Shown here: piece by piece, positions 17,526 to 26,400 of the stretch
Position numbering within the stretch: position 1 is the first letter of the stretch
Layout: each line of letters opens with the position of its first letter
DNA from: an uncultured Candidatus Saccharibacteria bacterium
Lineage (GTDB): Bacteria > Patescibacteriota > Minisyncoccia > Phycocordibacterales > UBA1550
Direction: 5' to 3'
DNA length: 64,000 nt
Assembly: GCA_964457625.1 (NCBI GenBank)
Contig: CAYWES010000001.1
Span: forward strand, 17,725 to 81,724
Made by a program: the position numbers and the translations under genes
The notes under the pieces: model-generated
What the model saw: the letters and a program-made list of their open reading frames with translations, nothing else
Database searches by the model: none
Told to the model about the DNA's origin: nothing

Positions 17526-18296
17526 ATGGTCAAAAATCTCGCTACAACAAATATGAATACCCTAGGCACACCTCAGCTTCATGAGAAGCCGAAGCACAAG
17601 CTCTCACCATCAACAATAGAGAAGCTTCAATACTATGTTTACACACTTTCCGACCCTCGGACTAATAAAGTTTTCTACGTTGGCAAAGGAAAAGGAAATC
17701 GCATAAATCACCACTTGCTTGGTGCACTTGAAGAGAAAACCAAAGAAACGGAGAAAATAAAAACTATCAGAGATATCCAAAAAGCGGGGCTTGAAGTAAG
17801 CCTCGATATTATTCGTCATGGCTTAACCGAAAAAGAAGCTTTTGAAGTAGAGAGTTCGATTATTGATGTCCTCGATATTAAATCTCTTACAAATCTTGTA
17901 TCCGGGCATCATTCATACTTAAGAGGGAAAAAGACACTTCGGGTTATTGAAATTGAATACCAAGCAAAGCCCGCAAACTTTGACGAACCAGTCGTCCTTA
18001 TCCGTATCAATCAGGAATTCAGGCACGATATGACTGTCGAAGAACTGTATACGGCGACACGAAAAGACTGGAAAGTCGGACAGCGAGTACATGACATCAG
18101 TATTGCTTGCGCCGTATATGCTGGAATTATTCGCGAAGTATATAGTGTCAAAGAATGGGTACCATCTCCCGGAGTTCCCGGACGGCATATGTTCAACGGA
18201 AAAATCGCAGAAGACAGAATTCGTAACAAGTACATCAACAAGTCCGTTGCTCATATCTGGAAGCAAGGAAGCCAAAATCCGATTAAGTATGTTTAA
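17526..18296 (+). CDS. GIY-YIG nuclease-superfamily protein with uncharacterised C-terminal domain
   Basis: YYVYTLSDPRTNKVFYVGKGKGNRINHH followed by EKEAFEVESSIID (GIY-YIG core with Arg and Glu). The C-terminal 130 aa are unassigned. ATG 17553 is an alternative start. Confidence 0.65.
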   Translation: MVKNLATTNMNTLGTPQLHEKPKHKLSPSTIEKLQYYVYTLSDPRTNKVFYVGKGKGNRINHHLLGALEEKTKETEKIKTIRDIQKAGLEVSLDIIRHGLTEKEAFEVESSIIDVLDIKSLTNLVSGHHSYLRGKKTLRVIEIEYQAKPANFDEPVVLIRINQEFRHDMTVEELYTATRKDWKVGQRVHDISIACAVYAGIIREVYSVKEWVPSPGVPGRHMFNGKIAEDRIRNKYINKSVAHIWKQGSQNPIKYV

Positions 18297-18341
18297 TCGA
18301 GTTTTGCATAACAGTTATTAGATTTAATATTTTTAGACTAT

Positions 18342-18962
18342 ATGTCATATAAACAAAACCTAAAACGATATTTACTCGTTCCACTCGCATACATAGCGAC
18401 AGGTATTATTCTTTTGCTACTTCTTGTCACGCTCAGTGTCTCCTTGGGATACTGGTGGGCTTTGCTTATTGTAAGCGCGCTCATGATTATCAGCACCGCC
18501 ATATTTACCCGAAAGACCACAAAAAAAGAAGCTGCGGAAAAGTTTGGGCACAGAATGACCGTCTTCTTGATTTGTGTTTGGGGTATAAGCGGTGTTGCTA
18601 TCTTTGGAGCATGGTTAATAGGTAGCAATGATTCTTCAAAAACCGAAAAGAGTACTGAGTTAAAATGCGATGAGGGTTCATACGCATATAGACTTACCCA
18701 AGACTTGATGAAGACATACCTTAAATCACCCTCCACCGCAAAATTTTCTCGTTTTCCGACATACAGCAAAGGCAATATTGTTGATTGGGGTAGTAGTTGC
18801 AGATACGCAATCCGCTCATATGTTGATTCTCAAAACTCATTTGGAGCGATGCTTCGAACGGAATATGGAGCTCATCTTGATATTGGTAGGGATGGAACGG
18901 TATCAATTCTTAGGTTGGAGATAAATAGTGAAGAGATCTTCAACAAGCTTTCCACTGATTAG
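18342..18962 (+). CDS. membrane protein with C-terminal soluble domain (hypothetical)
   Basis: Three TM helices, then a domain with LKSPSTAKF…YVDSQNSFGAMLR. Confidence 0.5.
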   Translation: MSYKQNLKRYLLVPLAYIATGIILLLLLVTLSVSLGYWWALLIVSALMIISTAIFTRKTTKKEAAEKFGHRMTVFLICVWGISGVAIFGAWLIGSNDSSKTEKSTELKCDEGSYAYRLTQDLMKTYLKSPSTAKFSRFPTYSKGNIVDWGSSCRYAIRSYVDSQNSFGAMLRTEYGAHLDIGRDGTVSILRLEINSEEIFNKLSTD

Positions 18963-18976
18963 ACGGGGCACACGGC

Positions 18977-19014
18977 AAAAGACCACGACATAAAAAATGC
19001 CGTGGTCTTTTTCT
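18977..19014 (+). terminator. Rho-independent terminator
   Basis: AAAAGACCACG-loop-CGTGGTCTTTT followed by TC. Confidence 0.65.
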
Positions 19015-19115
19015 TAGTCATCCAAACAAATCTCATTGGAGGTAATTCTTGTGTGCTACTAAACCCACATGGTATAATACATGCGTTATAAGCCGTTTTT
19101 TAAAATATGTAATTT

Positions 19116-19457
19116 ATGCAAATAATCATTACTTGGTTGACTGCCGCGGTGGCTATCATGATCTCGGCATACATTTTGCCGGGTGTTGTGCTAGAAGGAT
19201 TGATTGCAGCATTGGTCCTCGCTGTTGTCCTCGGGGCGATCAACGCGTTTATTAAACCTCTCGTTATTGTTTTGACGCTTCCTATCAACGTTCTCACGTT
19301 GGGGCTCTTTACGCTTGTGATTGATGCTGCGCTCATTATGCTCGCAGCAATGATTGTACCGGGATTTGGCGTGACAAGTTTCTGGTGGGCGCTTCTTTTT
19401 GCTGTCGTCCTCTCGCTTGTCAATGCTGTCTTCGCACACTTTGGGGGCAAGAAATAA
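19116..19457 (+). CDS. phage-holin-4_2/DUF360-type small membrane protein
   Basis: 113 aa with four TM helices. ILPGV…AALVLAVVLGAINAFIKPLVIVLTLPINVLTLGLFTLVIDA pattern recalled for that family. Confidence 0.6.
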   Translation: MQIIITWLTAAVAIMISAYILPGVVLEGLIAALVLAVVLGAINAFIKPLVIVLTLPINVLTLGLFTLVIDAALIMLAAMIVPGFGVTSFWWALLFAVVLSLVNAVFAHFGGKK

Positions 19458-19501
19458 GTATACATCTCCATACTCTCAAAGCCATCCTTGAAATACGGCT
19501 C

Positions 19502-19545
19502 ACTCAAAACACTCTCACACTGAGGGTGTTTTGAGTTTTGAAATC
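19502..19545 (+). terminator. Rho-independent terminator
   Basis: 16-bp stem ACTCAAAACACTCTCA-cac-TGAGGGTGTTTTGAGT followed by TTTG…TTTGTTTTTT. Confidence 0.65.
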
Positions 19546-19597
19546 TTTGTTTTTTCTGCTATGGTGCCCACAGATACACCACTACGGAGGAGTTCTT

Positions 19598-20107
19598 ATG
19601 ATGAGCAAGGCAACAGAAGATGCGGAGCGTACGATTGAGAACGCACGCAAGAGACTGAAAGACGGCACATGGCCTCAGGTTATGGCAGTCTTTTTTTACC
19701 CAAACCCGAAAGCCCCACGCGTGCAGGATGAAGAGTTCTTACGACTTCAATCTTTCTACGAAAATGCTTCGCTTCCCAATATGGCGCTGTTCATTGAGAT
19801 TGTGCAGTTTATGGAAAAAGAATGCGGGGTAACCATGTCGTTTAACTTCAGTTTGTGCAACCGAAGAAACCAAGGAGACCTCGGAGATTCTGAAATGACT
19901 TCAGGACATGCAACACTCTATTTTGGTACCCGTGATTTACTCGTGGGTACGCGCGGAGGAGTGGAAGGTGCCATGGTATGGTTTAGAAATATCTCTGAAG
20001 GAATTTCCATGATTGCACCGGAGCTTCTCCAGATTTTGGATAAAATCTTTGGTGAGGCGGTGGGCATTGTACGACGTCCTGAAAAGGATAAGTCTCGTGT
20101 ACACTAA
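19598..20107 (+). CDS. hypothetical protein
   Basis: Start at ATGATG, preceded by GGAGGAG. 169 aa. No recognised motif. Confidence 0.45.
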   Translation: MMSKATEDAERTIENARKRLKDGTWPQVMAVFFYPNPKAPRVQDEEFLRLQSFYENASLPNMALFIEIVQFMEKECGVTMSFNFSLCNRRNQGDLGDSEMTSGHATLYFGTRDLLVGTRGGVEGAMVWFRNISEGISMIAPELLQILDKIFGEAVGIVRRPEKDKSRVH

Positions 20108-20134
20108 AAATATCACCCCTTTGGGCGATATACT

Positions 20135-20170
20135 AAAAGCCCTAACACTATTCGTGTTAGGGCTTTTTTT
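20135..20170. terminator. bidirectional terminator between convergent genes
   Basis: AAAAGCCCTAACAC-tattc-GTGTTAGGGCTTTTTTT. Lies between the 20107 stop (+) and the miaA stop (-). Confidence 0.7.
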
Positions 20171-20197
20171 GTGGCAGGTGTGTATGAGACGGAACGT

Positions 20198-21100
20198 TTA
20201 CACCAAAAACTTCTTGACCTCCTTAAAAACTTCTCTCGTTTCTTCTTTTTTAAACCACCTGATTGTCGTATCTCGCTTAAACCACACCATTTGTCGGCGG
20301 GAGAATTGGATAATTTCTTTGAGGAGTTTTTCCTCGGCTTCTTTTTGGGGAAGCGTGTCGGTGAGAACGTCTGCCATCATACGGTATTCGAGTCCGAGCG
20401 AGCGCATACGCTTCCACGAGAGCCCTTCTGCGTGAAGTCTGCGTCCTTCGGCGAGCATGCCTTTTTTCATGCGCGCGGTGAGGCGCTTTGCGATGTTGTC
20501 TGTGAGGATATCTTTGCCGGGGTTAATACCGATTTGAAGGACACGATAGGGAGGTGGTGTGTGGGTGAGGGTGGGGACGGCACCGAGTTTCGTGGCGATT
20601 TCAATCGCGCGAACGAGGCGCCGAGGGTTGTCTTTATCTATTTCTTTTGCGCGACGCGAATCAAGTTTTTTGAGTATTATGAAAAGCTCTTTCGCAGATT
20701 TTTTTTCAAGCTTAGCACGGAGCGATGCGTCAGGAGGTACCTCAGGGATAGTGATTCCAGAGATGACGGCTTGAATATAAAAGCCGGTACCTCCGCAGAG
20801 TATGGGCACCTTGCCACGATGCACGATATCACGAATGGCACGCTCAGCAAGGCGTTTGTACTGCATGACGCTAAATGGTCGTTTCGGGCTTGCGACATCG
20901 AGCAGGTAGTGGGGGATTCCCTTCATTTCACGTTTGGTGATTTTCCCGCTCCCAATATCTAGTCCTCTGTATATTTGGCGCGAATCAGCAGAAATAACCT
21001 CGCCATTGAATCGGCGCGCGATTTCAACAGCGAGGTCGCTTTTCCCCGAGGCGGTGGGTCCCACCACGGCAATAAGGTGTATCTTGGTGTCTCTGGGCAT
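20198..21100 (-). CDS. miaA: tRNA dimethylallyltransferase
   Basis: VVGPTASGKSDLAVEIA, ISADSRQIYRGLDIGSGK, GGTGFY. Confidence 0.92.
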   Translation of the reverse strand: MPRDTKIHLIAVVGPTASGKSDLAVEIARRFNGEVISADSRQIYRGLDIGSGKITKREMKGIPHYLLDVASPKRPFSVMQYKRLAERAIRDIVHRGKVPILCGGTGFYIQAVISGITIPEVPPDASLRAKLEKKSAKELFIILKKLDSRRAKEIDKDNPRRLVRAIEIATKLGAVPTLTHTPPPYRVLQIGINPGKDILTDNIAKRLTARMKKGMLAEGRRLHAEGLSWKRMRSLGLEYRMMADVLTDTLPQKEAEEKLLKEIIQFSRRQMVWFKRDTTIRWFKKEETREVFKEVKKFLV

Positions 21101-21147
21101 CTTTGGTATACTCGCACTATATCAATAATTAATAATTTTGTAATTTC

Positions 21148-21759
21148 ATGACAATGAATACCTGTAATGAGTGTGGATGTGAAGAAATGTTCGTCTCCGC
21201 TGAGATTGGGCAAGAAGTTCCTAATATTACCGTAGAAGCCTTTCACAATGAAGAGATAAAGAAAATCAGCCTCGCTGACTATCGTGGGAAGTGGGCGATT
21301 CTTTTCTTCTATCCCGCAGACTTCACCTTTGTATGTCCTACGGAGCTTGAAGAAATGGCGGACAACTACGAGGAGTTTCAAAAATTGAACGCGGAAGTGC
21401 TCGGTGTATCCGGAGATACGGTATTCTCACACAAGGCATGGCATGATACATCAGAAGCCATCAAGAAGGTGAAGTTTCCTCTCCTCGCGGATGTACGTCG
21501 TGAGCTCATGAGCGCGTTTGGTACGTACATTCCTGATGAAGGTATGTCGCTTCGTGGAACATTTGTGATTGACCCTGATGGCATTCTCCGTATCGTTGAA
21601 ATCAACGATAACAACATCGGTCGTAGCGCAAAGGAGCTTCTTCGCAAACTCAAGGCAGCACAGTTTGTGCGCGAGCATGGCGGTAATGTGTGTCCCGCAA
21701 GCTGGGAACCGGGCGATGATACATTGAAGCCGGGTCTTGATTTGGTAGGGAAGATCTAA
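21148..21759 (+). CDS. 2-Cys peroxiredoxin (AhpC/Prx1 type)
   Basis: FFYPADFTFVCPTEL (peroxidatic Cys) and VCPASW (resolving Cys). Short Cys-containing N-terminal extension, so the start is uncertain (21148 or 21154). Confidence 0.9.
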   Translation: MTMNTCNECGCEEMFVSAEIGQEVPNITVEAFHNEEIKKISLADYRGKWAILFFYPADFTFVCPTELEEMADNYEEFQKLNAEVLGVSGDTVFSHKAWHDTSEAIKKVKFPLLADVRRELMSAFGTYIPDEGMSLRGTFVIDPDGILRIVEINDNNIGRSAKELLRKLKAAQFVREHGGNVCPASWEPGDDTLKPGLDLVGKI

Positions 21760-21782
21760 GCGGGTAGAGGGTAGGGTTTTTC

Positions 21783-21826
21783 AAAGAAAGCAGGCGGGGG
21801 CGTACGCCCCCGCCTGCTTTCTTTTT
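21783..21826 (+). terminator. Rho-independent terminator after the peroxiredoxin gene
   Basis: About 19-bp perfect stem AAAGAAAGCAGGCGGGGGCG/CGCCCCCGCCTGCTTTCTTT followed by TT. Confidence 0.75.
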
Positions 21827-21855
21827 ACCCCCCATTTTGTTACCATGGCAACATT

Positions 21856-21936
21856 GCCGGAGTGGCGGAATGGTAGACGCGCGCGACTCAAAATCGCGTC
21901 TCGTAAGGGGTGTGGGTTCAAGTCCCACCTCCGGCA
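21856..21936 (+). tRNA. tRNA-Leu(CAA), type II
   Basis: GCCGGAG-TG-GCGGAATGGTAGACGC…CGCGA-CTCAAAA-TCGCG…GTGGG-TTCAAGT-CCCAC-CTCCGGC-A. Confidence 0.9.
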
Positions 21937-21967
21937 CAATGAAGACTCGCTCCTCAATGCGCCAGTC

Positions 21968-22711
21968 ATGAAGAAAAACAAACCAACAAAGATAACCGAT
22001 TACTTCGGTGCAAACCTCGCAGAACTTTTGGCGGGTAAAATCAAGTCGGTATACCCGTCGTTTGACGGTGTGGGATTCATAAAAGAGGTGGGCACACGCG
22101 TCCGTGGCAAAACATACACGGAGCGAATTGAGATTATTGCTCAATCGCTGAAAGATTTTTTACCTGCATCCTACCCGAAAGCACTCGCCATTCTTCTCAA
22201 AATCCTTGGACCGGAAAATCCCCACGAGACAGGCATGTTTAAACATTTCTATTGGCTTATGCCGGTCGGTAAGTTTATTGAGAAGTACGGGTTGGAACAC
22301 TTTGATATTTCAATGCAGGCAATCGGTGAAGTAACCAAGCGTAATACCGGTGAGTATGCCGTGCGACCATATATTCGTGAGAATCCCAAGAAAGCGCTCA
22401 CATATCTAAAAAAATGGGCGAAGTCAGATAACTTTCATCTGCGCCGTCTCGCGAGCGAGGGTCTCCGCCCGAAACTTCCGTGGGCGCCGAAACTTGATAC
22501 ATTCATAGATAATCCTAAGCCCGTATTTGAAATCCTGGAAATCCTAAAAGCGGACGATATTATGTTTGTTAAAAAATCAGTCGCCAATCACCTGACCGAC
22601 TATCTCAAAGTTAATCCCGAACCGACGAGGCGACTGCTCAAGGAATGGGGGAAGTTCGACAACTCGCACACACAATGGATTATCAAACACGCCACCAGAA
22701 AAATTTCTTGA
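21968..22711 (+). CDS. DNA alkylation repair protein (AlkC/AlkD-like HEAT-repeat family)
   Basis: Start moved to MKKNKPTK, because the track ORF overlaps tRNA-Leu. FHLRRLASEGLRPKLPWAPKL and VKKSVANHLTDYLK motifs recalled for this family. Confidence 0.7.
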   Translation: MKKNKPTKITDYFGANLAELLAGKIKSVYPSFDGVGFIKEVGTRVRGKTYTERIEIIAQSLKDFLPASYPKALAILLKILGPENPHETGMFKHFYWLMPVGKFIEKYGLEHFDISMQAIGEVTKRNTGEYAVRPYIRENPKKALTYLKKWAKSDNFHLRRLASEGLRPKLPWAPKLDTFIDNPKPVFEILEILKADDIMFVKKSVANHLTDYLKVNPEPTRRLLKEWGKFDNSHTQWIIKHATRKIS

Positions 22712-22728
22712 GTGCAGTCTATTGCTCA

Positions 22729-22737
22729 TGCTAAAAT
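22729..22737 (+). promoter_or_regulatory. extended -10 box TGcTAAAAT, 6 nt before ATG 22744 (leaderless candidate)
   Basis: TGCTAAAAT at 22729-22737. Confidence 0.4.
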
Positions 22738-22743
22738 GTAAGC

Positions 22744-23064
22744 ATGAGCAAAACAAAAACATTAACTCACGCAGGGCTGATAGGATTACTCGTGACACTT
22801 CCGTTTGTAGTGCTTGAGCTGTATAATCGTGACCCCGCGCTCGTAGCTTTTCCGGTCGCACTATTTGTGGGGATGTGGTTTTTCTCCGCCGTTTTCTTTT
22901 ACCTCATGTTTTCAATCGTGCGAATAGTGCGACAGGGGAAGACAAAAGAAAAATGGTCTCCACTTGTTCTTCAAATTATTATTGCTGTTCTTATTGCGCA
23001 TGGCTGGATATACCTCGTGTTTGTTGACCAAATGCCGTGCTTTCTCGGCGCAATGGGATGTTAG
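22744..23064 (+). CDS. small membrane protein (hypothetical)
   Basis: 106 aa with 3-4 hydrophobic helices. Confidence 0.45.
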   Translation: MSKTKTLTHAGLIGLLVTLPFVVLELYNRDPALVAFPVALFVGMWFFSAVFFYLMFSIVRIVRQGKTKEKWSPLVLQIIIAVLIAHGWIYLVFVDQMPCFLGAMGC

Positions 23065-23119
23065 TGAGAGCCCCCACGTTTTATTTTGAGCACGATTGAA
23101 GAATTGATATAATTTCTCT

Positions 23120-23827
23120 ATGCAAAAAAACACAATTATCCGTGTAGGGTTAATAGTACTCCTGACGGTCCTTTTAGGGGCGTTTGGTGCGTCGTTTTTC
23201 TACTCCGATGGGCAGTACACGGTCTTCAATTCTGTACTGTTTATCGGAACACTGCTTTTGTTCAGAGTTTCTCTAAAGAAAGGTTTTGTCTTACCGGGAG
23301 ATATTATTTCTATAACAGCTGTTTTTGCTTCAGGTTTAGTGTTATTCGTTCTAGCCCTCATTTATCCCACCGAGCCTGCTGCCTTCGAGGGTGCAACTTT
23401 TATGCTCATCTCTGTTGTCTCAGGAACTCTGATTATTAAGGAGTCTCTAGGGTATCTTTTTGGTTCTCGTATAAACAAGTTTCTTGAGGATGCCGGTGAT
23501 CCCTTTCGTCCTAAGCTCCTTCAGGGACAACCTTTCCGCCTGGACCCTACGGGGTTCTCTCTGTTTGATGGGAAGTTTACATTCTTTTTCGCTCTCTTTA
23601 TGATAGGAATCCTCTCTTTGTATGAGGGGGTGCTCGTTAATGGCTGGCGGTTGGCGCTAGCCTTTGGGCTCGGTGGTTTTTTGATCTTGAGGGTATTTTT
23701 AGCGTGGGCATTGCCTGACCATGTTTACAAAAGAGTGCTTTCGAAGGCGATGGTTCTCCAGCTTCTGCTTGGAATCCTCATTATCTGTGCAGGTTTTTCT
23801 CTTCTCCTTGTAGACCCTCATGCTTAA
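23120..23827 (+). CDS. polytopic membrane protein (hypothetical)
   Basis: 235 aa with about 7 hydrophobic helices. Confidence 0.5.
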   Translation: MQKNTIIRVGLIVLLTVLLGAFGASFFYSDGQYTVFNSVLFIGTLLLFRVSLKKGFVLPGDIISITAVFASGLVLFVLALIYPTEPAAFEGATFMLISVVSGTLIIKESLGYLFGSRINKFLEDAGDPFRPKLLQGQPFRLDPTGFSLFDGKFTFFFALFMIGILSLYEGVLVNGWRLALAFGLGGFLILRVFLAWALPDHVYKRVLSKAMVLQLLLGILIICAGFSLLLVDPHA

Positions 23828-24008
23828 AAAATACGGAACGACAATAATCTATCTCACCACAGCGATTGCAATAGTCGTTTCAGCCCTTTTGTTCAAAGAC
23901 TCCGAGTACGAGAATGCTTGGGTCTATGTGATGAGTGTCGGGTTTATTCTTGCCGCCGCTCTTGATGTGTATTCACAGGTAAAAGATAAGAATCGGGACA
24001 AGCGCTAA
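23820..24008 (+). CDS. small two-TM membrane protein (hypothetical)
   Basis: 62 aa. Overlaps the upstream stop by 8 nt. Confidence 0.4.
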   Translation: MLKKYGTTIIYLTTAIAIVVSALLFKDSEYENAWVYVMSVGFILAAALDVYSQVKDKNRDKR

Positions 24009-24053
24009 CACCAAAGTGCAGGATTAGGGTATTTTGCCTCCATGGCTCTCTTT

Positions 24054-24062
24054 TGCTACACT
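24054..24062 (+). promoter_or_regulatory. extended -10 box TGcTACACT, 7 nt before ATG 24070 (leaderless candidate)
   Basis: TGCTACACT at 24054-24062. Confidence 0.35.
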
Positions 24063-24069
24063 TACTCTC

Positions 24070-24702
24070 ATGATTGTTACATATTACGGAAAGCAGTTTT
24101 TCAAGATACAGCTTGGCGAGACGGTTATTGCCTATAACCCTATAGACAAGAGTTCAGCGTTTAAGTGCTCTCGTTTTGGGGCAGATGTCATTCTCTCTTC
24201 ACTTCGTCATCCTGATTTCAACGGTCTCGAGCAGTGCTTTTATGGAGACCGTGAACCGGCGGTCATTAGCGGTCCCGGTGAATATGAGGTAGGAGGTATC
24301 TTTATAAAAGGATTTGGCACACATGCCACGTATGAGGGGGAAGAGAAGATCAACACGGTATACGGCATGATGTTTGAGGGCATCAATCTTTGTTTCCTTG
24401 GGTCTCTGCCATCACCTGAAGCGCTTTCGCGTGAAGTGCGTGAAGGTCTGGGTGAGGTGGACGTACTCTTCATTCCCATTCACAAGAGCGAAACCTTTGA
24501 CCCTGCCGCTGCATACAAGCTCGCGCTTTCTCTCAATGCAAAAGTCGTTATCCCCATGGACTACGAAGGCGCGGAGGACGCGCTCAAGCAGTTTATCAAA
24601 GAGGGAAGTGACACAACCGAGACAATCGATAAGTTCACGTTCAAAAAGAAAGATATTGAAGGAAAGGAAGCAGATATTATTGTATTGAGTAACATCGCGT
24701 AG
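24070..24702 (+). CDS. MBL-fold (UPF0173/UlaG-like) protein with degenerate metal motif
   Basis: MIVTYYGKQFFKIQLGE…IAYNP resembles the UPF0173 N-terminus. The HxHxDH position reads SLRHPDF. C-terminal VVIPMDY. Start moved to 24070. Confidence 0.5.
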   Translation: MIVTYYGKQFFKIQLGETVIAYNPIDKSSAFKCSRFGADVILSSLRHPDFNGLEQCFYGDREPAVISGPGEYEVGGIFIKGFGTHATYEGEEKINTVYGMMFEGINLCFLGSLPSPEALSREVREGLGEVDVLFIPIHKSETFDPAAAYKLALSLNAKVVIPMDYEGAEDALKQFIKEGSDTTETIDKFTFKKKDIEGKEADIIVLSNIA

Positions 24703-24710
24703 AGAACAGT

Positions 24711-25049
24711 ATGCTCAAAAAAATCCGCCAAAAACCAGACCACGTGAAAGCAAGTATCTCACTCGGTCTTTCTTTGGCAATTTTTTCTGTCATTGTGCTT
24801 GTTTGGGTCTCTTCATTTCAAGCACGCGGTCAGGGGGCAATAGTAAAAGAGAAAACCGTGAGCCCTCTTGCCGGGATGTTCTCAGTCCTCCGAGGATTTA
24901 CTGCCGATATAAAGCAAAGCTACCAGGAAATCACCCCCGCAGACTTTCTTGAGCCACGTGAAGAATCAACTCTTCCTGTAGCGTGGGACCCATTTGATAC
25001 AGAAGGAATGGTAATTGTCGATACGACGGTTCCACCCCAAGGAGAATAA
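24711..25049 (+). CDS. membrane-anchored hypothetical protein
   Basis: 112 aa with a single N-terminal TM helix. Confidence 0.4.
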   Translation: MLKKIRQKPDHVKASISLGLSLAIFSVIVLVWVSSFQARGQGAIVKEKTVSPLAGMFSVLRGFTADIKQSYQEITPADFLEPREESTLPVAWDPFDTEGMVIVDTTVPPQGE

Positions 25050-25100
25050 GTTTCCCGTGCCCTCTTGCAAAAGATACACTTATTTGGTACAGTCTCGAGT

Positions 25101-25310
25101 ATGAAAAAAGATATCCACCCACAATATCACGCTGATGCAAAGGTAGCCTGCTCCTGTGGCGCGGCGTTTCCTGTGGGCTCCACGCTCCCTTCGATAGAAA
25201 TCGAAATTTGCAGCAACTGTCATCCCTTTTTCACGGGTGATGAAAAAATCATCGACACCGCAGGACGTGTTGAGCGATTCAAGAAACGACAAGCGGCAAG
25301 CAAAAAATAA
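25101..25310 (+). CDS. rpmE: 50S ribosomal protein L31
   Basis: [10 protein letters not shown]…CSCG…[10 protein letters not shown]…VERFKKR. Confidence 0.92.
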   Translation: MKKDIHPQYHADAKVACSCGAAFPVGSTLPSIEIEICSNCHPFFTGDEKIIDTAGRVERFKKRQAASKK

Positions 25311-25322
25311 CGACTCCGCACA

Positions 25323-25358
25323 GAAACCCCACGCTCTCTTGCCGTGGGTTTTCTTTTT
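25323..25358 (+). terminator. Rho-independent terminator after rpmE
   Basis: AAACCCCACG-loop-CGTGGGTTT followed by TCTTTTT. Confidence 0.55.
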
Positions 25359-25381
25359 GCACTACATCATAAGAAACGCAT

Positions 25382-26350
25382 ATGGATCTCGAAACATTTA
25401 AAACAAATCAGAAGACAAAATATCTCGCCACAGAGTACGAGCGTCTTCTTGGTGAAGAAGCGTCGGTAAGGGCCATGATAGAGAGCGACCCCTCAATGAA
25501 AGAGCTGGGAACTCTTGAGCTTGAGGATTTAAAGACACGTATTGAATCCTTGCGCATTCAGATGACGGAAATTATTGAAGCGGACAGAGAAGAGGCGGAA
25601 AAGCCAAAAGAGGTGCTCCTTGAAATTCGCGCGGGGGCAGGAGGAGAGGAGGCTGCCTTGTTTGCTGAAGATCTTGCGCTTATGTACGAGCGCTATGCGC
25701 AAAAGCAAGGATGGGAAATGACAAAGACAGATGAATCCGCAAGCGACATGGGAGGATACAAGGAAGTGGTTTTTCGGGTGAAAGGACCGACGGCATATGA
25801 TTCACTCTATTTTGAAACAGGAGTACACCGCATACAGCGCATTCCCGCAACAGAAAAATCAGGACGTATTCATACATCAACAGCATCAGTTGTGGTGCTC
25901 CCGGTATTTCCGGAGAAACATTTTGACTACAACCCCGCTGACTTTGAAATGGAATTTTCTCGTTCAGGTGGCGCCGGTGGGCAGAATGTGAACAAGGTGG
26001 AAACCGCGGTACGCATCATTCACATTCCCACGGGACTTGCGGTGCGTTCCTCAACACAGCGAAGCCAGGTAAAAAACCGTGAACAAGCGATGTCGATGCT
26101 CCTCGCGAAACTCGAGGATATGGAGTGCCAAAAGCAATCAGACGCCGTTTTAAAAGATAGGAAACAGCAGATTGGAACAGGGGATCGTTCAGAAAAAATC
26201 CGCACGTACAACATTCTCCAGGACCGTGTGACAGACCATCGAATCAAACAGTCTTGGAGTAATGTCGAAAAGATATTTCTAGGGAATATCGGTCCGATTA
26301 TTGAAGCATGCCAGGCGGGGACGGTGGGGGAGGTGTCCGACGAGGATTAG
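25382..26350 (+). CDS. prfA: peptide chain release factor 1
   Basis: Codon-recognition tripeptide PAT (RIQRIPATEKSGRIHTS) and GGQ motif (SGGAGGQNVNK). 322 aa. Confidence 0.9.
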   Translation: MDLETFKTNQKTKYLATEYERLLGEEASVRAMIESDPSMKELGTLELEDLKTRIESLRIQMTEIIEADREEAEKPKEVLLEIRAGAGGEEAALFAEDLALMYERYAQKQGWEMTKTDESASDMGGYKEVVFRVKGPTAYDSLYFETGVHRIQRIPATEKSGRIHTSTASVVVLPVFPEKHFDYNPADFEMEFSRSGGAGGQNVNKVETAVRIIHIPTGLAVRSSTQRSQVKNREQAMSMLLAKLEDMECQKQSDAVLKDRKQQIGTGDRSEKIRTYNILQDRVTDHRIKQSWSNVEKIFLGNIGPIIEACQAGTVGEVSDED

Positions 26351-26400
26351 AGAGGGAAGCCTTGCAATTCCTGGAGGCTTTTGGTACACTTTCGTAACTT

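Noticed and set aside
16681-19100. Integrative element inserted at tRNA-Trp.
   Set aside because: No integrase or recombinase gene is present, and I found no direct repeat of the tRNA-Trp 3' end downstream. Only the weaker 'accessory islet' interpretation is kept.
20171-20962. 263-aa plus-strand ORF overlapping miaA.
   Set aside because: The opposite strand encodes an unmistakable MiaA (P-loop plus DSRQIYRGLDIGS). This ORF has no motifs and is an antisense artefact.
21148-21190. Cys-rich N-terminal extension (MTMNTCNECGCEE) of the peroxiredoxin as a possible metal-binding add-on.
   Set aside because: It is only about 14 aa and depends on start-codon choice. There is insufficient evidence, so it is noted only in the feature entry.
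21845-21967. N-terminal extension of the AlkC-like ORF in the track.
   Set aside because: The extension runs through tRNA-Leu(CAA) at 21856-21936. An ATG at 21968 gives a sensible N-terminus.
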